A DNA stretch of 64,000 bases, from the IMG/VR virus record IMGVR_UViG_3300025319_000005, positions 124,001 through 188,000 of that record. The stretch is one strand, 5' to 3'. Position numbers and translations under genes: made by a program. Below the pieces are notes generated by a model. It did not search any database. It had not been told where the DNA came from and worked only from the letters and a program-made list of their open reading frames with translations. Below, in pieces: positions 48,395 to 55,386 of the stretch (within the stretch, counting starts at the first letter, position 1; each line of letters begins with the position of its first letter).

Positions 48395-48850
48395 ATGAGA
48401 AACATCAGAAAAATGATAAGGAAAATCTTAATAGAGGAATCAAAACCCACGGTTGTTTATTCTGCTGTTGTTATTGAGAAACTTGAAGGTATTGGGAAGT
48501 TGGATTTGATTTTTAGTAAGTACATCGAAAACGGTTGGCAAAAACCGGTTCATTATCATATGACAATCGGACCGGGAAAATTTCCTGAGAGCTTGTATTT
48601 AAAAGGAGATTTAGATAAAGAAGTAACATTAGAAATAACGTCTGTAGGAATTTCAGAAAATGCTATAGCATTGGGAGTTTCAGGATATTATTCAAGAAAT
48701 GACAATCCACACATTACTATTGCTTTCAATAAAGAAAACGGAGGAAATCCGGAAGATAGCAAAGTGATTGAAAATTGGGGACATATTGATAATTTTTATG
48801 TGACTGGAATAATAAGAGAAGTTGGCGAAAATAATTTAGTTATTAAATAA
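48395..48850 (+). CDS. 2H phosphoesterase (cyclic phosphodiesterase-like) with shared leader
   Basis: two HxT motifs (YHMTI, PHITI); MRNIRKMIRKILIE. Confidence 0.75.
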   Translation: MRNIRKMIRKILIEESKPTVVYSAVVIEKLEGIGKLDLIFSKYIENGWQKPVHYHMTIGPGKFPESLYLKGDLDKEVTLEITSVGISENAIALGVSGYYSRNDNPHITIAFNKENGGNPEDSKVIENWGHIDNFYVTGIIREVGENNLVIK

Positions 48851-48854
48851 TTAG

Positions 48855-48933
48855 TACCTTCAATAGGATTCGAACCTACATTTTCAGCTCCGTTACACTT
48901 ATTGAGTCCGTAGCTCAATGTGGCTATAAAGGC
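48855..48933 (-). ncRNA. D-arm-less tRNA-Arg(ACG)-like RNA
   Basis: acceptor GCCTTTA/TGAAGGT, ATTGAG-CTACGGA-CTCAAT, canonical T arm GTAGG-TTCGAAT-CCTAT; no D arm, 21-nt extra region. Confidence 0.65.
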
Positions 48934-48934
48934 A

Positions 48935-49621
48935 TTATATTAATTCATATCGTTTTGCCCACTTTCTCACCGCAACATCACTAACTCCAAATTTTCTACC
49001 AAGTGCACAATATGAATTATTTTCTATCATTTCTTTTAATTCTTCTTTAGAGGGTCTGTTTTTTACTTTTCTAAAATTTAATCTAGGTACATATTTTCTC
49101 GTTGTTTTTTTATTTGTTTTATTTTTTTTTGCATTTTTTCTGTCTACGCCAATTTTACCACGGCAATGAGTTTCTAATGTGAAATTGCAGTTTGGACATA
49201 AAAATCTTAAGTTTTCTAATCTATTATCATTATTTATTCCGTTTTCGTGGTCAATAATTAAACTAATTTTTTTACCTCTCCATATTTCTCCTTGTCCACA
49301 TTCTTTACATTCATATTCTATCATGTTATTATCTCGTATTCTTTTTTTTAAACAAGCCCTTGCAACAGAACTGTTTTCACAAAAAATTTCTTCATCACTT
49401 TTCCTTAATAATCTGTCTTCATTAAACATTTTTTTAGCAAAATCACTACGGTTTAAAAAATGAGAAGTATCTATTGACCATTTATTTAAATTTGTTTTAA
49501 GTATTTTATAAGATGAAGAAGAATCGCTTCTTCCAGATTTTACTATAACATCTCTAAATGTGATGCTTTCAGATACTAATTTTTGTAATTCTTCTTTTGT
49601 ATATTCTTTATGTTCTTTCAT
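48935..49621 (-). CDS. HNH homing endonuclease
   Basis: CKECG..IIDHENGINNDNRLENLRFLCPNC; C-terminal HTH. Confidence 0.9.
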   Translation of the reverse strand: MKEHKEYTKEELQKLVSESITFRDVIVKSGRSDSSSSYKILKTNLNKWSIDTSHFLNRSDFAKKMFNEDRLLRKSDEEIFCENSSVARACLKKRIRDNNMIEYECKECGQGEIWRGKKISLIIDHENGINNDNRLENLRFLCPNCNFTLETHCRGKIGVDRKNAKKNKTNKKTTRKYVPRLNFRKVKNRPSKEELKEMIENNSYCALGRKFGVSDVAVRKWAKRYELI

Positions 49622-49678
49622 AATTCTAACTTATTTTAATGTAAATAGGTTAGAATTTTTTAATAAAGTAAATAGTTG

Positions 49679-49754
49679 AGGATAAGAAGAGAATTAAACT
49701 CCTGTTAAATATGTTTTGCAGACATATCCCGATTTCAACATTGGGTACTTATCC
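49679..49754 (-). tRNA. tRNA-Cys(GCA)
   Basis: GGATAAG/CTTATCC, CT-GCA-AA, U73, T loop TTTAATT. Confidence 0.8.
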
Positions 49755-49768
49755 TTGTAAAAATTAAA

Positions 49769-50038
49769 AAAGTAAAATCCTAAGTATAGCCGCGATTTTG
49801 TTCTATCTCATCATTTATCTGAAGGTATTGCTACCAACTGGAGACTTTAAACGTCTACCACGCACCTACCCGACTATCAACAACGTAAAGGTTCCCCGTC
49901 TACAGTCTGTTTGGCTTGCATCCTATGTTGCGGAAGTACATACGCTATTTGTTATAGCTTCTTCCTCCTTTTAAAAGATGTCGCGAACTTCCTCTCGATT
50001 TTAAGAATCGAGCGATGAGTCCTTCAGGATTTTACTTT
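49769..50038 (-). ncRNA. rnpB: RNase P RNA, compact A-type-like with reduced specificity domain
   Basis: P1 AAAGTAAAATCCT/AGGATTTTACTTT; CR-I GAGGAAGTTCGCGAC; GCAAGCCAAA; GGGTAGGTGC; AGATAAATGAT; CR-V ACAAAATCGCGGCTATA; P4 with bulged U. Confidence 0.88.
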
Positions 50039-50043
50039 TCTTG

Positions 50044-50115
50044 AGGCTCCACTGACAATCGATGTCAGGACTCAAATTTACAAGATTCGTGTTTTGCCAC
50101 TTAAACTACGGAGCC
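50044..50115 (-). tRNA. tRNA-Thr(TGT)
   Basis: 72-nt cloverleaf, CT-TGT-AA, T loop ATCGATT. Confidence 0.85.
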
Positions 50116-50131
50116 ATTATTTGTTCTTATG

Positions 50132-50205
50132 TGGAATCTACCGGCATTGAACCGGTCTCTCAGGCGTGCAAGGCAAGTGTTCTAAGCCAAATGAACTAAG
50201 ACCCC
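50132..50205 (-). tRNA. tRNA-Ala(TGC)
   Basis: G3:U70, CT-TGC-AC; anticodon stem has two mismatches. Confidence 0.85.
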
Positions 50206-50243
50206 AATTTAATTTGTTCAAAGTACAAATTATTAAAAACTTT

Positions 50244-50319
50244 TGGCGAGTATGACCGGTCCTGACCCGGCGACCTCCTCATAGACAGTGAGGCATTCTT
50301 CCAACTGAACTACACACTC
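50244..50319 (-). tRNA. tRNA-Asp(GTC)
   Basis: cloverleaf, CT-GTC-TA, G73, encoded CCA, T loop GTCAGGA. Confidence 0.9.
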
Positions 50320-50332
50320 ATTATTTTTTAAA

Positions 50333-50639
50333 AAAGTAAGACGCCATTTCGCTGATAGCGTTTTTTGTGTTCTGTTTAATGCGCCAAAGAACATCTGATT
50401 ATGTTCAGCATTTAGCGTTCATGCTTGGTTATTATAACATACTAACATTCCTAATATTGTCTGATTACCTATTTTGAGTTTGCATAGTAGGTTGATTTTT
50501 ATTTCCAGGGTAAAAATCAACAAACAAACCTAACGTCTGATAAACTTTATTTTTCATCCGGTAAACGTTTTGTACATTGTTTAGTTCATTAGGCTAAAAC
50601 AACACGTCTTTTTCACGGACAACATTAGTAACTTACTTT
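50333..50639 (-). ncRNA. unidentified ~307-nt structured RNA
   Basis: closing stem AAAGTAAG/CTTACTTT, perfect 11-bp hairpin GTTGATTTTTA/TAAAAATCAAC and further hairpins; no long ORF; lies between tRNAs; strand inferred from the operon. Confidence 0.65.
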
Positions 50640-50644
50640 TCTTG

Positions 50645-50718
50645 TAGTGCATCTGAGAATTGAACTCAGTACTTCCACGTTATCGGCGTGGCACTCTGGA
50701 CCGATGAGTTAATGCACT
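50645..50718 (-). tRNA. tRNA-Ile(GAT)
   Basis: cloverleaf, CC-GAT-AA (C33). Confidence 0.88.
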
Positions 50719-50732
50719 GTTTTTATTTAAAG

Positions 50733-50805
50733 TCTAGGTGGCCTGCTCCGACCAGGCGGTCTCCAGTTCCCAAAACTGGCGGATTTCCAACTTTCCCACA
50801 CCTAG
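50733..50805 (-). tRNA. tRNA-Pro(TGG)
   Basis: C1:G72, TT-TGG-GA, T loop GTCGGAG. Confidence 0.87.
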
Positions 50806-50842
50806 AAATTTTGTTTATCTTTCCAAACTGTCTTTTAATAAG

Positions 50843-50906
50843 AGTTCAAGCTCGGTTATCCACCGATTCGAAGGACTGCATTAGCCTTCTCTGCAGACAC
50901 TTGAAC
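50843..50906 (-). ncRNA. 64-nt tRNA-sized element lacking D and anticodon arms
   Basis: acceptor-like GTTCAAG/CTTGAAC, T-like hairpin TCGG-TGGATAA-CCGA, alternative central stems. Confidence 0.5.
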
Positions 50907-50908
50907 AT

Positions 50909-50984
50909 TGGAGCGAAAAACCAGGTTCAAACTGGCGACCCCCAGAGTGGAAATCTGGCGCTCTATCAACTGAGCTATTTTCGC
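50909..50984 (-). tRNA. tRNA-Gly(TCC)
   Basis: cloverleaf, TT-TCC-AC, U73, CCA. Confidence 0.9.
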
Positions 50985-51073
50985 TTATGTATATAATTCT
51001 CTCAGACCATATTACCAAGATTTACTTTGGACTCACCGTATTTTAAAAGTGAGCAGAATTGTATTTAATTAAA

Positions 51074-52021
51074 TTATTCTAATAATAATTCATCAATTGT
51101 TAAAATTGAATTTAAATTATCTATTGTTTTTTTAAATATCATTTTAACATTAATGTTGTTTTGTTCTAATACTAAACTCATTTTTGTTTTATCTATTATT
51201 GAATAATATCCTTTAGTTTCTATGTATAAGTTAAAATTTGGCAAATAAAAATCTGGCACATACGTTTTTTCAACACCTTCTTTAATATATTGAATATATA
51301 TTTTTCTAATCCACAATATTTTATTGTCATTTAACCATTGCGACATTTTTAATTCATATTTTCCTCTTAAAGAATATTCTTCACCAATAATATTTTTTTG
51401 TTTATAAAATTTCACATGTTTAAAATTGTTACTTATTTCATTTTCTTCTAACATCTTGGAGTGAGATTTGCTAATTTTCGATTTTTGTTCAGAAGAAAGT
51501 GGCTTTCCTAATTGGTGATGTATTCTCTTACCAGTAGCATACATTTCTTTTTGTTGCTCAGATGCTTTATTTACCCTATTATCAGTTTCCTTTGTAAGTC
51601 CTCTTGACCATCCCATTTTTGATTTAGTCTCTGCATTACTGTATTTTTTATTTTTATATTCAACTCCATCCGGTGTATGCATTTGAAATATATGACCACA
51701 TATACCAAGTTTGTGAAATATTAATTCGCAATGAGGACATTTATATTTATCTACATCAACTTTCCAAGATTCATCTACTGTTATTTGTTTTTTATTAACT
51801 GTATTACATTTATTATAATGCCTTTCAAAATTAGAAACAGAAATATTTTTATTACATTTATCACAACATTTTGTGTTTTTAGGTTTTCCAAGTAAAGAAA
51901 TACTTAAATTTTTTAATCTTTCTTTTAACTTTGGATTAGATTCACAATTTACTATATGAGCACCAAATTGTTGTGGGATCTCAAACTCAAAAGACTCTTT
52001 GCAATGCGGACAAGTTTTCAT
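51074..52021 (-). CDS. homing endonuclease-like protein (Zn fingers + PD-(D/E)xK)
   Basis: CPHC and CDKC fingers; YVPDFYLP..LYIETKGY. Confidence 0.8.
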   Translation of the reverse strand: MKTCPHCKESFEFEIPQQFGAHIVNCESNPKLKERLKNLSISLLGKPKNTKCCDKCNKNISVSNFERHYNKCNTVNKKQITVDESWKVDVDKYKCPHCELIFHKLGICGHIFQMHTPDGVEYKNKKYSNAETKSKMGWSRGLTKETDNRVNKASEQQKEMYATGKRIHHQLGKPLSSEQKSKISKSHSKMLEENEISNNFKHVKFYKQKNIIGEEYSLRGKYELKMSQWLNDNKILWIRKIYIQYIKEGVEKTYVPDFYLPNFNLYIETKGYYSIIDKTKMSLVLEQNNINVKMIFKKTIDNLNSILTIDELLLE

Positions 52022-52090
52022 ACTTTTTTATTATAAATAGTATAAAAAATTGCAGGTTAGAAAATTGTTAGCACGTTATTGTTTTTTGAG

Positions 52091-52173
52091 TGGGAGTTGA
52101 TGGAGACGAGCCACCCGAGTTTTAAAACAACCGATTTACAGTCGGTCCCGCTACCCCTACGGAATAAACTCCC
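52091..52173 (-). tRNA. tRNA-Tyr(GTA)
   Basis: CT-GTA-AA, long variable arm, T loop CTCGTCT. Confidence 0.87.
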
Positions 52174-52185
52174 ATTTTAATGTTG

Positions 52186-52257
52186 CACAGACGGTTATAA
52201 TCGAAATAACTACGTGTAGTTTTTGGAGAACTCACCGACACCAAGCCTGTCGTCTGT
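52186..52257 (-). tRNA. tRNA-Trp(CCA)
   Basis: CT-CCA-AA, G73, canonical T arm; weak D arm. Confidence 0.75.
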
Positions 52258-52296
52258 ATTTTATCTATTTTTTAAGCTGTAAGATAATTAGCTAAG

Positions 52297-52368
52297 TAGC
52301 GAAAACTGGAATCGAACCAATGTAGACACAGCTTATGAGACTGGTGGGAAACCAACATCCTTTTCGCA
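52297..52368 (-). tRNA. tRNA-Met(CAT), initiator-like
   Basis: 1:72 mismatch, CT-CAT-AA; weak D arm. Confidence 0.75.
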
Positions 52369-52381
52369 ATATATTTTTTTG

Positions 52382-52454
52382 TAGCCCCTGCCGGTCCTGA
52401 CCCGACGACTTCATTCATGTAAAAAATGCACTCTACCAACTGAGTTAAGGGGCT
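52382..52454 (-). tRNA. tRNA-Val(TAC)
   Basis: cloverleaf, TT-TAC-AT, T loop GTCAGGA. Confidence 0.88.
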
Positions 52455-52459
52455 ATTAG

Positions 52460-52533
52460 TAGCATATATCAGAATCAAACTGATGACCTTCCTCATATGA
52501 AAAGGACGCTCTAATCAACTGAGCTAATATGCT
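52460..52533 (-). tRNA. tRNA(CAT): elongator Met or Ile2
   Basis: cloverleaf, TT-CAT-AT; identity not resolvable from sequence. Confidence 0.85.
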
Positions 52534-52543
52534 ATTTAAAAAG

Positions 52544-52615
52544 AGCGGGTGATGAGGATTAAACTCACGGCCTCATCCTTGGCAAGGATGCGCTCTATCG
52601 CTGAGCTACACCCGC
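52544..52615 (-). tRNA. tRNA-Gly(GCC)
   Basis: cloverleaf, TT-GCC-AA, U73. Confidence 0.92.
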
Positions 52616-52691
52616 TTTTTTGATTATCAATATGTCAAATAACTCTGCAAACTTTTAAGTCATTGCTCGACTTGTAAACTTTTTAAGCAAC

Positions 52692-52727
52692 AAAAAACCC
52701 GAACCTTTTTTAAGTCCGGGTGTGTTA
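52692..52727 (-). terminator. attenuator terminator of tRNA operon 1
   Basis: ACCCGGAC/GTTCGGGT + U6; 5' arm overlaps the antiterminator partner TAACACACCC. Confidence 0.85.
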
Positions 52728-52760
52728 TGTTGTTTCCCTTTTAAGTTTTTATATCTTACT

Positions 52761-52889
52761 TCATGAAACAAAATGTTTTAACACACCCATATTATCGCGG
52801 CTATAATCGCCAGGGGTAATACACGCATACCCGACTGTCGGCATGACTGCCCAAATCGTTGTAATTGTTGTATGTGTTAAATTTTTCAT
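52761..52889 (-). CDS. attenuator leader peptide 1 (42 aa)
   Basis: MKNLTHTTITTIWAVMPTVGYACITPGDYSRDNMGVLKHFVS; between promoter and terminator upstream of tRNA operon 1. Confidence 0.85.
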   Translation of the reverse strand: MKNLTHTTITTIWAVMPTVGYACITPGDYSRDNMGVLKHFVS

Positions 52890-52916
52890 TGAAGATGTTT
52901 TCTTTTTAATTAAACT

Positions 52917-53002
52917 TAAATAGTATAAAAAATTATTTTCTCAAATATTTCTTTCGACCAATTATAACGCAAAGATATAATTAAAGTTTAATAAAAAGCA
53001 AA
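52917..53002 (-). promoter_or_regulatory. tandem promoters of tRNA operon 1
   Basis: TTTG-N21-TATCTTTG (52970-53002) and TATTTA (52917-52922). Confidence 0.75.
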
Positions 53003-53031
53003 TTTATTTTCATTTATTTTTTATTTAACTT

Positions 53032-53094
53032 GTAAAATCCTGATATTCAGCTAAATAATTTTTTGTAAAATCCTAAACATAATCGTAAAATCCT
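53032..53094. repeat. three GTAAAATCCT direct repeats
   Basis: at 53032, 53065 and 53085. Confidence 0.75.
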
Positions 53095-53201
53095 GTCATT
53101 GATAATATTAAACAAAAAATCCACAATTTTTTTAAGCAAGGGAGCCAACGAATTTATTCGTTGGAGTATGTCAGTCAATAATATTTCCTTGCAATTTGTT
53201 T

Positions 53202-53405
53202 TTACCAACCTTCTTTAGCAACTCCGGATGCAACTGCAGCTTCTGCGTTAGCAGAGCTCATTATAGCACACATTTTATGTCCTTCTTTAGTTTCTCCTTT
53301 ACATACGTATCCACCTTTTGCGTTTTTAGATATGATAGGATTAACGAAAGTTTGTTTGCTTTTTAATTTCATACAATATCCTTCTAATACGATTAATGTG
53401 CTCAT
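53202..53405 (-). CDS. small DUF5679-like protein (paralog of 54800-55000)
   Basis: YCMKLK..KGGYVCKGETKEGHKM..SANAEAAVASGV. Confidence 0.7.
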   Translation of the reverse strand: MSTLIVLEGYCMKLKSKQTFVNPIISKNAKGGYVCKGETKEGHKMCAIMSSANAEAAVASGVAKEGW

Positions 53406-53509
53406 GATTTTTAGTTTTAAGTTTTTTATAAATATGAAATATTTTATAAAACAAGTTTTAATATATGTTTATGTTCTAAATTAGCTTATATTTATATAAA
53501 AACAAGCTC

Positions 53510-53680
53510 ATGAAAAATTTAAAAAAAATAATAGAAGAAACAGTAAGTAAAGTTCTGGGTGAAGGCGATTTTTTAACACATCAAATAAAAAATTCAATAA
53601 GCGTGTTAAATAATGTTTTCAAAGACAACTTAGTTGCAAAGATAAACGAAACAAATGATAAAGATAAACGAAACAAATGA
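53510..53680 (+). pseudogene. 5' part (leader) of the ART-like gene, detached by a 22-nt duplication
   Basis: MKNLKKIIEETVSKVLGE..; removing one repeat copy fuses it in frame to 53655-54263. Confidence 0.7.
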
Positions 53681-53681
53681 T
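53638..53681. repeat. 22-nt perfect tandem duplication
   Basis: AAAGATAAACGAAACAAATGAT x2. Confidence 0.95.
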
Positions 53682-54263
53682 AGTGTTATTGATGTTTATA
53701 TTAAGAAATACAATATAAATGCATTAACAAAAATAGATAAAACGATAGAAAATTTAGGATATTTTATTTCTATTTTTAGTATAAATGGATTTCAAAAGAA
53801 ATTTAACAAAGATTCATTTTTTAAAAAAATAAAAGACTTAAAAGAATTAACTCCAATATACCTAAAGCTGGAGAAAAAAATGGACTCAAATGAAGATATA
53901 GATACAATTATCCCATCTATGTTATATCACATTACACATGAAAGACATCTCGCAAAAATCAAGAAAATAGGTTTAGTTCCAAAATCTAAATCTAAAAAAT
54001 CAGCTCATCCTGAAAGAATATATTTAGCGTGGAATGAAGAATCTGCTATAAAATTAGTAAAAGAATTTTCAGATTTAGAATACGAATTTGAACATAATTA
54101 TGTTTTATTAAAAATTGACACAAGTAAAATTTCTGAGTTTAGACGTGATAAAAATTTCAAATTACATAATGACCCAAACTTTACAGATGGTTATTTTACA
54201 TATGATAATATACCTCCTGCTGCAATAAATTTTGAAAATATGAAATTAATAAACCTTGAATAA
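53655..54263 (+). CDS. Tpt1/KptA-like ADP-ribosyltransferase-fold protein
   Basis: LYHITH....IKKIGLVP, IYLA, LLKID, NIPPAAI. Confidence 0.6.
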   Translation: MIKINETNDSVIDVYIKKYNINALTKIDKTIENLGYFISIFSINGFQKKFNKDSFFKKIKDLKELTPIYLKLEKKMDSNEDIDTIIPSMLYHITHERHLAKIKKIGLVPKSKSKKSAHPERIYLAWNEESAIKLVKEFSDLEYEFEHNYVLLKIDTSKISEFRRDKNFKLHNDPNFTDGYFTYDNIPPAAINFENMKLINLE

Positions 54264-54795
54264 TATGAGTTTGTTAGAAAAAATTAAAATAGAAAGATTT
54301 ATTTCGGAAGATATTGACGAAGTTAAACAGTTAATTAAAAACATACATTCAAAAATCTGTTTTAATGAAACAAATATTCACATTTATAATAATTTAATGT
54401 ATAAACTTTTTTTTAACGGTTATAGTTTTCTTTTGGATTTTTCATTAAAAGTAACATATAGAAAAAAAATAATAGGAGTTATGTTATTATCTGACTTTTC
54501 GTTTTATTGGCTATTAGAAACATATAAAGAAGATGACAAAAACATAAGCAAAAAAATAAAAAAATATAAGAACAAAGAAGGTTTAAGGAGTGTTTTTTTT
54601 GGAATTGATAGGAAATATCAAAAAAAAGGATTAGGCTCTAAAATGATTGAATATATACAAAAAAACTATAAGCAGTTTGATTATTTGTGGGGAATTCAAC
54701 ATAAAGAGATTTCAAATATGGAATTTTTCTTAAAAAGAAGAAAAGTTGTTGCAGAAATAGGAAATTCCGTATATACTGTGCAGGATTTGAAATAA
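54256..54795 (+). CDS. GNAT acetyltransferase
   Basis: FGIDRKYQKKGLGSKMI. Confidence 0.75.
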   Translation: MNNMSLLEKIKIERFISEDIDEVKQLIKNIHSKICFNETNIHIYNNLMYKLFFNGYSFLLDFSLKVTYRKKIIGVMLLSDFSFYWLLETYKEDDKNISKKIKKYKNKEGLRSVFFGIDRKYQKKGLGSKMIEYIQKNYKQFDYLWGIQHKEISNMEFFLKRRKVVAEIGNSVYTVQDLK

Positions 54796-54799
54796 AAGC

Positions 54800-55000
54800 T
54801 TAAAACCCTTCTTTAGTAACTCCAGATGCTACGGCAGCTTCTGCGTTGGCTTTACTCATTAATAGACTCATCTTATGTCCATCTTTACTTTCGCCCTTTG
54901 CAATGTACCCACCCTTTTTAGTTAAGCTAATAACAGCATTAACCATTACTCCCTTTGATTTTGTCTTAAGACAATAAGCCTCTAATACTACTTTTTCCAT
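54800..55000 (-). CDS. small DUF5679-like protein (paralog of 53202-53405)
   Basis: YCLKTK..KGGYIAKGESKDGHKM..KANAEAAVASGV. Confidence 0.7.
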   Translation of the reverse strand: MEKVVLEAYCLKTKSKGVMVNAVISLTKKGGYIAKGESKDGHKMSLLMSKANAEAAVASGVTKEGF

Positions 55001-55038
55001 TTTTTTTGGTTTTATAGTAAATATTAAAAATTTTTATT

Positions 55039-55386
55039 TTAAGTCGGTGATGTTATTAATTGAAATTTAGTAGGATGCGACAATCTATAATCAACTTGTC
55101 TTTCATCAACATATTCTCGATAATTAACATAACCTTTAACATATGGAGTTACGCGAGCATCGAAAAAAATAACATCTCCGTTATTTAACGCTCCTAATTT
55201 CTCAAATCCTTTTGTTTTGTTAAACCACAAATGGTCAGTAACAATTTTATCAGACTTATCCTTAATATCTTTTAAGAGTATTGTTTCTACAGGATATCCA
55301 TGATAATTCTTCTTTGTTCCAAATTTCTCAAATATTCCACTAAATCTGTCCCGTATATTTTCTATTTTTTCTAAATCTTTTCTCAT
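55039..55386 (-). CDS. conserved phage hypothetical protein
   Basis: VTDHLWF..FDARV..YVKGY..DYRLSHPTK. Confidence 0.6.
   Translation of the reverse strand: MRKDLEKIENIRDRFSGIFEKFGTKKNYHGYPVETILLKDIKDKSDKIVTDHLWFNKTKGFEKLGALNNGDVIFFDARVTPYVKGYVNYREYVDERQVDYRLSHPTKFQLITSPT

Noticed and set aside
50333-50639. tmRNA or group I intron
   Set aside because: No GGGG acceptor/T-arm/CCA domain, no recognisable P7 core, and it does not interrupt a gene
50688-50996. 102-aa plus-strand ORF
   Set aside because: Antisense read-through of the Ile/Pro/Gly tRNA genes
50993-51062. Hammerhead ribozyme
   Set aside because: CTGAGAG does not match CUGANGA and there is no GAAA core segment
52272-52496. 74-aa minus-strand ORF
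   Set aside because: Runs through the tRNA(CAT), Val and Met genes
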